The position numbers and the translations under genes were made by a program. A DNA stretch of 64,000 nt from contig JBHLMN010000004.1 in NCBI GenBank assembly GCA_048938105.1, positions 128,001-192,000 of the forward strand. Direction: 5' to 3'. Origin of the DNA: Promethearchaeota archaeon (lineage in GTDB: Archaea; Asgardarchaeota; Heimdallarchaeia; Hodarchaeales; Hodarchaeaceae). Under the pieces are notes generated by a model that worked only from the letters and a program-made list of their open reading frames with translations, searched no databases and was not told the origin of the DNA. Numbering within the stretch: the first letter of the stretch is position 1; every line of letters begins with the position of its first letter. Below are positions 1 through 9,892 of the stretch, in pieces.

Positions 1-1
1 A

Positions 2-3000
2 ACGTATTTCTTACCTAATAGTTCAGTACCCGTAGGTATTCTTTCAATAATTACCGAGTTAATCGACCCAAGTACCAAAACTCAATATACAAACACAACT
101 ACGGCTGTATCAATCATAGATTATGCTCGAATTGACCATTCAGAGAATGCGACTCAATATCGGCACAATGAAAGTATTCGCATCGAAGCTTACATCACTG
201 AACAGGATGTCTGGACTCACCCAGTTGTCACTACTGTGGAATTACAGGATGTCACCGATGGTAATCGTTCATTAATCAATAAAACGACTAATCAGGATGG
301 ATTCGTGGTGATCGATTACCCCATTCCTGATAATGCAACGGTTGGAAATCATAAATTTAGTCTAACAACTCATAATACCAACAAGTTCATTTTAGATATT
401 ACAGAGACCTTCCTCATTCCCATTAAGGGTATAACTGAAATCGACGTAACTTATGAGAGTGGTGGAGTGGACAGGAATGAAATTACTCTTATAGAAGCGA
501 CTGTTCTTTCAGGAGGAGTGGCAATCAGCGAGGGTTTGATAGTGTTAGAGTTTGCCATCAATGACTCTGTTATTGAAACACGGGATTGTGAACCTGGTCT
601 GGAATTTGAGTATTTCATTGAACCTTCGCATCCGAGGGGTATTATGGAATATCAGATTCATTTTCTCGGATCTTACAATTACGATGAGCATGTCGAACCT
701 ATTGACCTGCCAGTCTTCTCAAACCCTACATTTAGTACATCAGGCCAAAACGCGTCGGAAGTCATTAAAGGACACACTGTGCGTATTTGGGGCCGATTAG
801 TGGATGAAATTGGCCAACCTGTGTGTTATGAAGAAATCGAGTTGACTGATACTACTATTGGCACGTTTCTTGGTACTAGTGTAACTGACGATCAAGGCCT
901 GTTCTTTTACGACTATTTCATCTCCCAGTCCACTCAGATCGGAGTTCATTTCGTTGAGATAACCTATTCAGGCAACATTTTAGAATTCTATCGTGCGTCA
1001 ACAAACAACCCTCTCAAAAGTATCACTGTGAGACCTCCGTTGTCTGTCATGATTGAAGCTGAGGTGGTTGCAAATCACTGGACGATTATTTCTCTAGAAG
1101 GAGGATTAAATGATGATATCCTCTTAGAATGGCAAAAATATGGTGAAATAGACTGGAGTTATTTGGGTGTCGTTGTACTCAATTCTTCAGGTCGGGGGCT
1201 GTATAACTGGTCTACTCCCTATTATAAAGGTGAATTTGCCATTCGGGCAACAGGCCCCAATAGTACAAAATATGACTTCTCTACCATGTATGCTATCCCT
1301 TACATTACAGTGGCGGGGGATGAAATTGGTAATGTTAACGATCCTTACCTTTTTACAGTCAATTCAGCGGAAAAATATCAAATATGGATAAGCGAGCAAC
1401 TTTGGCAGGACTGGCGTGAAGCAGGAATTCATCAGTACGACTATATTTTTACAGGTCGAGGATTACGAGGCATCACTATCGTTAGTAACGATACCTATAC
1501 CTACTATCAAGAATATCATCATAACATTGCTATATATGAAGATGTATTTGTTACTCTTTCAGCACCTTTAGAAGCATTCGTGAATCTCTCGATAAATTTA
1601 GATGGTACTGTGATCGGGGAGGTATCGGGTCCAATAGAGGGTATGGATGCTACTTTAGTGGTCAATGGTACTGACCTACAAGTTGACTCCACCAGTGGTG
1701 CTGGACATTATTATTTCTCAGTAGTATTCGAAGATCCAGGTAACTACAAACTTATGGTAAAGACTCCTTCTAGTGATACTACATTTTATTGCGCTTCTTT
1801 TAGTGAGGAATCAAATATCTTCATCAATTCTATTCCTGCTGACTTCGACATTTTAAGTCCCTTAAATCAGACATATGGAGCTATTGTGGAGGTATCCATT
1901 GTTGGAGATGCTGAAAATTATTGGTATTGCATTGAACCAATTGATATAACTAATATCTCTTGGTTTACTCCGATTTATCGAACTCTGCCTGAAGGTAATT
2001 ATACTTGCCATGTCTATGGGCAAAACAATTATGGGATTGTTTCGCATATTTACTCCCCATTTATTGTTGACACAACCGCTCCATCATTAATATTGACTAG
2101 TCCAAGAAACACAACTTATACCATTAATGATATTTCAATTTCATATCTAACAGATGAAAATGAAGTATTAGTTGTGCTAGATGATGTGGAATTAGAGGGT
2201 GTTAGCTCGGGTACACTACTTTCTGGTTTGGCTGAGGGTGTCCATAACTTAACAATCTTAGCTTACGATCAAGTTGGTAACATGGTCGATCGAATAGCCT
2301 TGTTTAGAGTGGATACAGTTCCCCCCAGTCTAGAAATTAGTTCACCTTACAATCAAAGCTATACTACCGAAATTGAAATCATATTGAGATCAAATGGGAG
2401 TACTGTTCTCTATTATATTCCTACAGTCCATAAATATAATCAAACCTATACAGACCCAATATCTCTTAATCTTTCGATTGGTAAGTATATACTCCAAGTT
2501 TATGCATTTGATGATGCAGGGAACACTTGTACAGGGTCTGTTGCTTTTTCTATTGTCCAAACCATCGAATTACTAATTAATCCTAAATGCAAAGATGTCG
2601 ATGGGGCTGGAAATTACGAAATCTCCACCCAAATAATGAGTCATCCAAATTTTGATTTAGTAGGGATCTACCTCAATGGCACTTATTTAGGAAGTTTAAA
2701 CTGGAGTTACTTATACCAAGATTATCGTTTATCTTTTCAACTTGAGCGTCCTGGTCTTTGGCAGCTTACTCTCTTTGCCAAAACTACCCTAGAAGAGTAT
2801 GATTTTCATTATTTCGAGATTGAGTGGAATCCCCCTGTTCCTCTGTTTAAATCAGTATCAGTAGCATTTGATTCATCACAGTATGAGGTTCGTGCGCAAA
2901 TTGATACAGGAGTCCTCTCTCTAGACAGAGTTTTACTTTTTGTGAATGATACATCCTATCCCTTGACATATTCACCTTTTGGGGATCGCTGGGTAGTTAA

Positions 3001-3871
3001 TATCCCTGTTCATCCAAAGAACGACACTTTGATCTTTTATACTTGGTACAAATGGGATGAGTTACCTTCAGCTCACTACGAGCATTATATCTCTTGGTTT
3101 GCTCCTAGTATCATCCTTGAAGAGTCCATTATTCGAAGAGAGAATTTCTCGCTTAGTATTAGAATTGAGAAACAAAATGCCTCAATTGTTACTCAATCTG
3201 TAAAATTACTAATCATTAATGGTTCTTCTGAAATTGATGTGGTAGGAAACCTTGTGTACGAGTCTGTAACGGGAAGTTACCAACAGTGGGAATTTAACTC
3301 TCCTAATCTCCCTCCTAGGATTTGGAATTATAGAATCAAGGTCAGAGATATTTATGGTTCTCAACGGGTTCTTAATCTGATATTTAATGCCACGGATCTT
3401 CCACCCCAATTCGGAAATAGCGCTGCTTTTCTCGTTTCTCGTTACACAGCAGGAGAGTTATGGCAGATTGAGGTCGCTGCAAGTGATGATTACCAAATTG
3501 AGAGAGTTATTTTATATGTTGATGGAATTGATAAAACCTCAACCACTAACAATGATACACACTTTGTCTTCCAAGTTTGGTTGACTGAAGGAGTACACAG
3601 TCTTCAAGTGGCTGCTTATGATGATATTGGTCAAAAAAATACTTTAGATCTCCCTTCGATTGAAGTGATTCTTATTCCTTCCACAACATCATCAACCACT
3701 CCTATTGAGACTCGTACTTCTGACTCTTCTTTCCCTAGAAATACCAATTCGTCGACAACTAGTAATAGTGACGAAGAAGCTGATGGTCTTATTACTCTTG
3801 GTTTTGCAGGGAGTATTGTTGGAGGAATAGTTATGGTTGGAAATATCGTGGCACGAAAGAGGCGGGATTGA
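2..3871 (+). CDS. Large membrane-anchored surface protein with tandem Ig-like/beta-sandwich repeats (5'-truncated by the window edge)
   Basis: The frame is open from base 2 (TYFLPNSSVPVG...) into the 236 ORF. It has repeated DTxPPSLxIxSPxNxTY and GxHxLxIxAYDxxGN Ig-like motifs, many NxS/T sequons, a Ser/Thr-rich linker, and a C-terminal TM followed by RKRRD. Confidence 0.8.
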   Translation, partial: TYFLPNSSVPVGILSIITELIDPSTKTQYTNTTTAVSIIDYARIDHSENATQYRHNESIRIEAYITEQDVWTHPVVTTVELQDVTDGNRSLINKTTNQDGFVVIDYPIPDNATVGNHKFSLTTHNTNKFILDITETFLIPIKGITEIDVTYESGGVDRNEITLIEATVLSGGVAISEGLIVLEFAINDSVIETRDCEPGLEFEYFIEPSHPRGIMEYQIHFLGSYNYDEHVEPIDLPVFSNPTFSTSGQNASEVIKGHTVRIWGRLVDEIGQPVCYEEIELTDTTIGTFLGTSVTDDQGLFFYDYFISQSTQIGVHFVEITYSGNILEFYRASTNNPLKSITVRPPLSVMIEAEVVANHWTIISLEGGLNDDILLEWQKYGEIDWSYLGVVVLNSSGRGLYNWSTPYYKGEFAIRATGPNSTKYDFSTMYAIPYITVAGDEIGNVNDPYLFTVNSAEKYQIWISEQLWQDWREAGIHQYDYIFTGRGLRGITIVSNDTYTYYQEYHHNIAIYEDVFVTLSAPLEAFVNLSINLDGTVIGEVSGPIEGMDATLVVNGTDLQVDSTSGAGHYYFSVVFEDPGNYKLMVKTPSSDTTFYCASFSEESNIFINSIPADFDILSPLNQTYGAIVEVSIVGDAENYWYCIEPIDITNISWFTPIYRTLPEGNYTCHVYGQNNYGIVSHIYSPFIVDTTAPSLILTSPRNTTYTINDISISYLTDENEVLVVLDDVELEGVSSGTLLSGLAEGVHNLTILAYDQVGNMVDRIALFRVDTVPPSLEISSPYNQSYTTEIEIILRSNGSTVLYYIPTVHKYNQTYTDPISLNLSIGKYILQVYAFDDAGNTCTGSVAFSIVQTIELLINPKCKDVDGAGNYEISTQIMSHPNFDLVGIYLNGTYLGSLNWSYLYQDYRLSFQLERPGLWQLTLFAKTTLEEYDFHYFEIEWNPPVPLFKSVSVAFDSSQYEVRAQIDTGVLSLDRVLLFVNDTSYPLTYSPFGDRWVVNIPVHPKNDTLIFYTWYKWDELPSAHYEHYISWFAPSIILEESIIRRENFSLSIRIEKQNASIVTQSVKLLIINGSSEIDVVGNLVYESVTGSYQQWEFNSPNLPPRIWNYRIKVRDIYGSQRVLNLIFNATDLPPQFGNSAAFLVSRYTAGELWQIEVAASDDYQIERVILYVDGIDKTSTTNNDTHFVFQVWLTEGVHSLQVAAYDDIGQKNTLDLPSIEVILIPSTTSSTTPIETRTSDSSFPRNTNSSTTSNSDEEADGLITLGFAGSIVGGIVMVGNIVARKRRD

Positions 3872-3874
3872 AAA

Positions 3875-4468
3875 ATGAAAAACAGTACCCATTATTTGTT
3901 TTCTGTGGGACTACTTAATCTTTATGCATTGTACTTGATCTCAGACCCACTTCTTGCTTGGTTTTGTTTGGGATTATCCTTTCCCTTAAGTGGGATCAGT
4001 TTTATCCCTAATTTCTTAGATAGCTATACCGCTGCGAGTTTCCAGTACGAAGGAGTACAGTTCAAGCATCGGGCTGCTATTCAATATCGGCATCCTCTGA
4101 CCCACTCTCCTTGGACTTTAGGTTATTTTGTACCAGGCTTTTATATTGCAGAGAAAACCTCTGAACCAGTTTTTATAATCATTGTTTCCGCTTTATTCTT
4201 AGGTTGGTGTTCACACCTTTTCTTAGACGCATTAAATCCTGAAGGGATCCCCTTAGGGAAGACTCCTGTTTATACTCCTCATCCTGTAAAACATTATTCA
4301 TGGCGTCAACCTACCAAAGCTCGTACCTTCAGATTAGCAAGAATCCCTTTTAATCATTTTAAAGCCAATCTGGTGTTATCACGTATTGGATTACTTTTTT
4401 TAGCCTTAAATGTTGCTGATTTAGTTCTCAATCATCTTAACATTATCTCTGAGGTGATGTCATTTTGA
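3875..4468 (+). CDS. Membrane-bound metal-dependent hydrolase (YdjM/DUF457-like)
   Basis: Family motifs MxxxTH, IPNFLD (PDxD-like), RHPLTHS and SHLFLDALNPEGIP lie between hydrophobic segments. Confidence 0.8.
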   Translation: MKNSTHYLFSVGLLNLYALYLISDPLLAWFCLGLSFPLSGISFIPNFLDSYTAASFQYEGVQFKHRAAIQYRHPLTHSPWTLGYFVPGFYIAEKTSEPVFIIIVSALFLGWCSHLFLDALNPEGIPLGKTPVYTPHPVKHYSWRQPTKARTFRLARIPFNHFKANLVLSRIGLLFLALNVADLVLNHLNIISEVMSF

Positions 4469-5550
4469 GTGATTTCAAGGACATAAGCATATTCCTGATC
4501 CTAGTTATTACATCTCTTTTAAGCCTTCAAACCAATTCTTTGGCATCATTTTCAGACGCAGCCCCACACAGTCCTGCTATACACACAGTTACTTCGGAGT
4601 CTTACGACCTGAGTATTTCAGAAGTCGTCACAGAAGTTGAAAGGACATTTCAACGGAACATTGTGTTATCACGTGTTTGGGATCGATTATTACTTAACAT
4701 GAGTGTCCAAAATTTTGGTGATCCCCTTGATAACGTCTTCCTTCACGTTATCACAAATGGTGCTCCTATTCACGCTACATTCCACGCTGTGGAAACTGTA
4801 GGATTAGTTCAGGCTTTTTCCTATCAGTTTGAGATTCCTCAGACACTAGTAATGACTCTGAATCATACACAAGAGACTGAATTACAATTGAAGATTCTCA
4901 TTCTGTTAGATCATAGTGTAACTTGGCGGACTCCCTCCGTAAACTTTGCGATTCAAAAAGCCCATTTGATAGCTCTTGACTTGATCCAACCTCTAGAAAG
5001 AAGTATCCTCCCCTTATCATATGCCAATCCTCAGTATCAAATCCAACCAGTGAAATATTCTTTCCAAAGGAGAAATCTCTTAGCATCTCCCATTCTTTAC
5101 GTGCATATTCCTGCAAATATGCAACTTCTTTGCACTCTATTGGTCACACTTCAAGGAACAGGAGTAGATTATCTAGTGGTAGATGAGCAGACGGTTTATG
5201 CTAATGAGGGAGGCCATTCAATTAGTATGAATTTCACAATCACTAAAACATCTGAAGATCAAGACATATCTTTATCGATGTCGATAGCGCCTGATTATGA
5301 AGGATTGGGTGGAGAGACACGAGTCTTCCTATCCATCACTGTGGTTGGAATGCTTGAACCTTATTCCTCCCCTCTTGTAGCTGCTCCAGTTACAGCTGTG
5401 TTAGGGGCCCACCCTATTCCTTGGCTATTGATGATACCTATTCTTGCTATTACTTTGTTTGGTATTCCTTATTATTTGGTCTACCAAGACCATGTAACAG
5501 ATAAGGATAACACCCTCCTTGATCCGAAGAACCAGACCAAAATAAAGTAG
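4465..5550 (+). CDS. Hypothetical secreted, C-terminally anchored beta-rich protein
   Basis: N-terminal signal-like hydrophobic stretch and a C-terminal TM (PIPWLLMIPILAITLFGIPYYLVY). Overlaps the previous stop by 4 bp. Confidence 0.6.
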   Translation: MSDFKDISIFLILVITSLLSLQTNSLASFSDAAPHSPAIHTVTSESYDLSISEVVTEVERTFQRNIVLSRVWDRLLLNMSVQNFGDPLDNVFLHVITNGAPIHATFHAVETVGLVQAFSYQFEIPQTLVMTLNHTQETELQLKILILLDHSVTWRTPSVNFAIQKAHLIALDLIQPLERSILPLSYANPQYQIQPVKYSFQRRNLLASPILYVHIPANMQLLCTLLVTLQGTGVDYLVVDEQTVYANEGGHSISMNFTITKTSEDQDISLSMSIAPDYEGLGGETRVFLSITVVGMLEPYSSPLVAAPVTAVLGAHPIPWLLMIPILAITLFGIPYYLVYQDHVTDKDNTLLDPKNQTKIK

Positions 5551-6017
5551 GGCTCCTGAAATTTTCGACATTTTCCAGTATAGTTCCATTCAATACTTCT
5601 ATCTCAATTATACAAGTTTGGGGAGAAATACAGTGGACTCTCTGCGTAAAAAAGCTAAGAGAAGATTCCCCATAGGATTACTACATGAATAATCATAAGG
5701 AGGATGAAAGACGCGTGACCTCAACTCACAAGACCATTTTATACTATTGACGGTTTTCGATTGAATACTTGTGGCGAATATTTGTGATAATCCAACCACG
5801 AGCCTCATTATCAATGACAGAATATTCTTTATCTTTCGTGATACACAAACGGGAGAATCTTTTCCGCTGGTAAGATGTTCGGAGTTAAATAACTCATGTG
5901 GAACAACCCCCAAGATTCTTAAACTGCAGGAATGGGAATAATGGGTGAATAATTATCAAAAATTCTTGATGGGAGAGTTTTGTTCAGATTTTCGGTATTT
6001 TCCAAATTTTCCAAATT

Positions 6018-6072
6018 AGGAAACTTTATATAAGGTGCACAAGTTACGCAATTCTCGAAAACTATTTCGAGA
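6018..6072 (+). promoter_or_regulatory. Putative archaeal BRE/TATA promoter followed by an 8-bp inverted repeat (possible operator)
   Basis: AGGAAAC-TTTATATAA at 6018-6033, then TCTCGAAA-acta-TTTCGAGA at 6053-6072, upstream of the ATG at 6095. Confidence 0.5.
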
Positions 6073-6094
6073 TTAAACAGCTGGGGTTACAGAA

Positions 6095-6997
6095 ATGGTA
6101 AAAACTAAAATTAAAATAGAAAACCTGACTAAATATTATGGAAAACAACGAGGTATTGAAAATTTAAGCCTCGAAATTTACAGTGGAGAAATTTTTGGCT
6201 TTCTTGGTCCAAATGGAGCTGGTAAGACCACTACTATACGATGTATGATGAATATCCTCTTACCAACAACAGGCGAAATCTGGATCAATGGGGGTAAGGT
6301 GGCACGTTCCAATCCAAAACTTCGTGAAAACATCGGTTATATTGCGGAAGCAGGAGTTCTTCCTTCAGGTTACACAACAAACGACTTCTTAACATATATT
6401 GAGAGTATGCGAGGTACACCAAGCATCCGTCGAGATGAGCTTATCAAACGCTTTAATTTGCCTGTAAAAAAGAAAATTGGGGAATTATCTAAAGGGAACA
6501 AGCAAAAAGTCAGTATTATAGCTGCCTTCATGCATGACCCTGATGTGTTGATTCTCGATGAACCCACTTCTGGACTTGATCCTCTCCTTCAACAGGAGAC
6601 CTACGATCTCATTCTGGACGCTAAGAGTCGTGGAAAAACAATCTTTTTTAGCAGTCATAATTTAGCAGAAGTTCAACGTATTTGCGACCGTGTTGGTATT
6701 GTGAGAGATGGTCATCTGATCAGTGTGGTAGATGTTGATAGTCTTAACAAGGAAGTTTCCAGGGTTTTAGAAGTGACTCTTCGTGATCCGAATAAGGAAC
6801 AGCTTCAGACTTTTGGAGACAACTTACTCGAAATGGAGGAGAATCGAGCACGAATTCTCGTCCCCCAATCAGATTCTATCGAAAGATATCTTGAGGTTCT
6901 CATCCCTATGAAACCAGAGGAGATCGTTTTTCCTCCCGCGAGTCTTGAAGATTACTTCTTGCAATTTTATCGAGGACAAGAAGAGGGTGCGAAATGA
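6095..6997 (+). CDS. ABC-2 type exporter ATP-binding protein
   Basis: Walker A GPNGAGKTT, signature LSKGNKQK, Walker B LILDEPTSGLDP, SSH switch. Confidence 0.95.
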   Translation: MVKTKIKIENLTKYYGKQRGIENLSLEIYSGEIFGFLGPNGAGKTTTIRCMMNILLPTTGEIWINGGKVARSNPKLRENIGYIAEAGVLPSGYTTNDFLTYIESMRGTPSIRRDELIKRFNLPVKKKIGELSKGNKQKVSIIAAFMHDPDVLILDEPTSGLDPLLQQETYDLILDAKSRGKTIFFSSHNLAEVQRICDRVGIVRDGHLISVVDVDSLNKEVSRVLEVTLRDPNKEQLQTFGDNLLEMEENRARILVPQSDSIERYLEVLIPMKPEEIVFPPASLEDYFLQFYRGQEEGAK

Positions 6998-8769
6998 GTA
7001 TTTCCAAAACAATTCAGAGGTTTTATCTCCATAGTTACCGTCATAGAACTGTTGTTGGCCTAGCCATCTTCCTTTATGTATCATTAATAATTGCAATGGC
7101 TATGTTTTATCCTGGGGAAGATGCATTAATAGAGTTCATCAGACTTATGGAATTCCTTGGTGATTTTCCTACTGACAATCCTGGCTTCTCTCTTTGGTTG
7201 ATCTTTTTTTGCGGATTCAGTCTTTCTTTGTATTTACCAGTTGGAGGTGTATTTCTTGGAAGTAATCTGCTACCTATTAACGAGAAGGATGGTAAAGAAA
7301 TCCTCTTCTCTACTCCGAAATCGCTAACAATATCATTCTTGGAGAATTCAATCGTTGTTATCATTTTGATTGTTTTGCTTTCTCTTCCCAGTTACCTAGT
7401 TTCTCTGGGTCTTCTTTACATCAATAATGCTTGGGATGCTGCTTTGAATATGACCATTTGTTTTTTTCTTGCAGTTATGCTGGTAATAGCCATAACATTT
7501 CTTGCTGCATTCGGATGTACGATTAACTTCTCCAAAGTCACTGGGTATACAATTGGGGGATTATACATTCTTTTCTCAATTGTTGCAGAGTTAACAGCCA
7601 ACCAAATAAGTGAGCTTGATTCTCTTCGCCAATTAAGTCTATTTTCTCAAGCAGAAGTGGTCAATAATAGCTTGTCTGGAACTTGGAATGAAGAGTTCAT
7701 TTTATTAGTCATTGGTCTTGTCTCAATCCTAATTATTGCATCAATTATACTCTTATATCGAAAGGATTTTTTAAAAAAAGAAGTCAAGCTGCAAACAATT
7801 ACGGGAGAATCAGAAGAAGTAACACAACATAAGGTAAGGATCTTACGGGCTTTCAGAATGGGTTTTGTGTTATACGCTCTTAGATGGCTAAGATTAAAAC
7901 GAAAAAGTATTGGCAATCCTTTAGATAAATTACTCGGGAGACTAGGATGGAAATACCCAGCTATTAGAGATCAGCTTCATGCGAATGCGTTTCTATTCAT
8001 AATCTATCTCGCATTTATGATATTTTATGCCTTTTATGTCATTGTAATGTACTTGGAGGAAGAAGTTGCAGAGCTTCTACAGAGTTTTAATATGCCCTTC
8101 ATGGAAGCATTGTTATTCGGGAATAAAATATCAGACACTATTATTGAACGTCCATTGGAGACATTTCTTGCCTTTGAGATCTATAGTTTTACTTGGATGA
8201 TTATAGCTCCCCTCTTTCTCATTATCATTTATGATATATTAACACGAGATTATAGAAATGGGTATGCTGAAATTACATGGGTTCTACCAAAGACTGGAAC
8301 ACGTATTTTTATCAGTAGAACTATAGCAGCTCTTATCTATTTCATAATTATAAGTCTTACTCAAATCTCTACCCTTTTCCTTATGGAAGGCCTTCTTGGT
8401 CGTGTTTCTAAGCATGGGATTATGCCCACAGCAATAAGCTATTTCATCTCTGTTTGGGGTTATTGTGTAATCTTTGTGTTCTTTCTCTCACTTGCGCTTC
8501 TAGTACCTTCCAAACACGCTCTCAAAACTCTAATCATTGGATGGGTTTTTTTCGTTCTAGTAATCTTCATTGCTTTTCTACCAGGAACTGATCTCTCATG
8601 GATGAGGTTTTTAACCCCCTTTGGTTATTTCGACTCAATTAGTATCATCTTGGATAAACGAACGGTGATTGATGTTCTCCCAGAGGCGGTAGTGGGTACT
8701 CTCTTGACCATTCTTTTCTACATTATCGTTCTGAAGAAAAGAGTTCCAGCTGTTGATTACTTGGTTTAG
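6994..8769 (+). CDS. ABC-2 type permease with two fused permease halves (about 12 TM)
   Basis: Two repeats of the permease pattern (EKDGKEILFSTP...; DYRNGYAEITWVLP...; LTPFGYF). ATGA overlap with the ATPase gene. Confidence 0.8.
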   Translation: MSISKTIQRFYLHSYRHRTVVGLAIFLYVSLIIAMAMFYPGEDALIEFIRLMEFLGDFPTDNPGFSLWLIFFCGFSLSLYLPVGGVFLGSNLLPINEKDGKEILFSTPKSLTISFLENSIVVIILIVLLSLPSYLVSLGLLYINNAWDAALNMTICFFLAVMLVIAITFLAAFGCTINFSKVTGYTIGGLYILFSIVAELTANQISELDSLRQLSLFSQAEVVNNSLSGTWNEEFILLVIGLVSILIIASIILLYRKDFLKKEVKLQTITGESEEVTQHKVRILRAFRMGFVLYALRWLRLKRKSIGNPLDKLLGRLGWKYPAIRDQLHANAFLFIIYLAFMIFYAFYVIVMYLEEEVAELLQSFNMPFMEALLFGNKISDTIIERPLETFLAFEIYSFTWMIIAPLFLIIIYDILTRDYRNGYAEITWVLPKTGTRIFISRTIAALIYFIIISLTQISTLFLMEGLLGRVSKHGIMPTAISYFISVWGYCVIFVFFLSLALLVPSKHALKTLIIGWVFFVLVIFIAFLPGTDLSWMRFLTPFGYFDSISIILDKRTVIDVLPEAVVGTLLTILFYIIVLKKRVPAVDYLV

Positions 8770-8803
8770 CTCCTTTTCAATAGGAGCTAATTCCTCTTTT
8801 TTT
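8766..8803 (+). terminator. Hairpin plus oligo-T terminator
   Basis: TTAGCTCCT-7nt-AGGAGCTAA (8766-8790), followed by a T-run, directly at the permease stop. Confidence 0.6.
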
Positions 8804-8968
8804 AGTAAGATTTTGAGCTGGGTATGAATTTTTCATTCTTTACTATAATGGGTTTTTTTGGGCCCACTTTAATTTTTACGTGAAGTAGGAGATGTATACT
8901 CATCTAAAAATCGTTCTTTGCCTAGAAAATTTATACTACGGTTAGTTTGAATAAATAAGGTATAAAGC

Positions 8969-9074
8969 TGTTTACCTATATATTGTTCAAAATTCCAAAA
9001 AACTATATCCCAGTATTATTTTATTGATTAATTGAAAATAGATGTTTACCTATAAAAAAGAGATTTTTTATAGG
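8969..9074. promoter_or_regulatory. Repeated/palindromic putative operator upstream of the MacB/FtsX-type ABC operon
   Basis: Direct repeat TGTTTACCTATA at 8969-8980 and 9043-9054. Perfect 11-bp inverted repeat CCTATAAAAAA-gaga-TTTTTTATAGG at 9049-9074. Confidence 0.5.
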
Positions 9075-9142
9075 GTAGAAAACTCTTATTTTCCTATTTA
9101 CTATAAATATCTTTTTGAGAATTCCCTAAACGGTGTTAATCC

Positions 9143-9883
9143 ATGTCACTTAAAATAGAAAATTTATCAAAAAATTATTTTATGGGCGAATTAACTGTCC
9201 CTGCTCTTCAAGAAGTCACCATTTCTATTGAAGAGGGAAAATTCATCGCAGTTTTAGGCCCTTCAGGTTCTGGAAAAACAACATTATTGAACCTTATAGG
9301 AGGCATCGATCGTCCGACCGATGGCGAAATACACTTCAATGATGTAGAATTGTCATCTCTCCCCGAAAAGAAATTAACTCAATATCGTCGAAAGAATGTA
9401 GGATTTATTTTTCAGTTTTATAATCTTGTTGCTTCTCTTACTGCCTTTGAGAATGTAGAACTTGCAGCTAAGCTCACTAATACATCAGATGAAGCGAAAA
9501 AAATTGCAAAAGAGCTACTAGAAGAAGTTGGCTTAAAAGATAAAATAAATAAATTCCCTGCACAGCTTAGTGGCGGTGAGCAACAGCGAGTAGCCATTGC
9601 AAGGGCATTGGCTAAAAATCCTAGGATATTATTAGCTGATGAACCAACAGGAAACATAGATAGCGAAACCACGGGAAAAATCTTGAAATTACTCAAAAGG
9701 ATTAACGAAAAGCATCATGTTACAATGGTGCTGATAACCCACAACGTCGGTATTTCATATCTAGCAGACACAGTCATTTATTTACGTGATGGTAAAATTT
9801 TCGGCACTTCTGCATATGATCCAGCCAAAGAAGAAGAATTTTGGGAAACCCTCACTGCAGCTCCAGCTATTGAAAAAGTATAA
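9143..9883 (+). CDS. ABC transporter ATP-binding protein (LolD/MacB-type)
   Basis: [43 protein letters not shown]. Confidence 0.95.
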   Translation: MSLKIENLSKNYFMGELTVPALQEVTISIEEGKFIAVLGPSGSGKTTLLNLIGGIDRPTDGEIHFNDVELSSLPEKKLTQYRRKNVGFIFQFYNLVASLTAFENVELAAKLTNTSDEAKKIAKELLEEVGLKDKINKFPAQLSGGEQQRVAIARALAKNPRILLADEPTGNIDSETTGKILKLLKRINEKHHVTMVLITHNVGISYLADTVIYLRDGKIFGTSAYDPAKEEEFWETLTAAPAIEKV

Positions 9884-9892
9884 CTTATTGAG

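Noticed and set aside
5608-5913. 101-aa minus-strand ORF in the gap before the ABC operon
   Set aside because: No recognisable motif, TTG start, atypical composition. Other frames in the gap gave only short ORFs. It could be decayed sequence.
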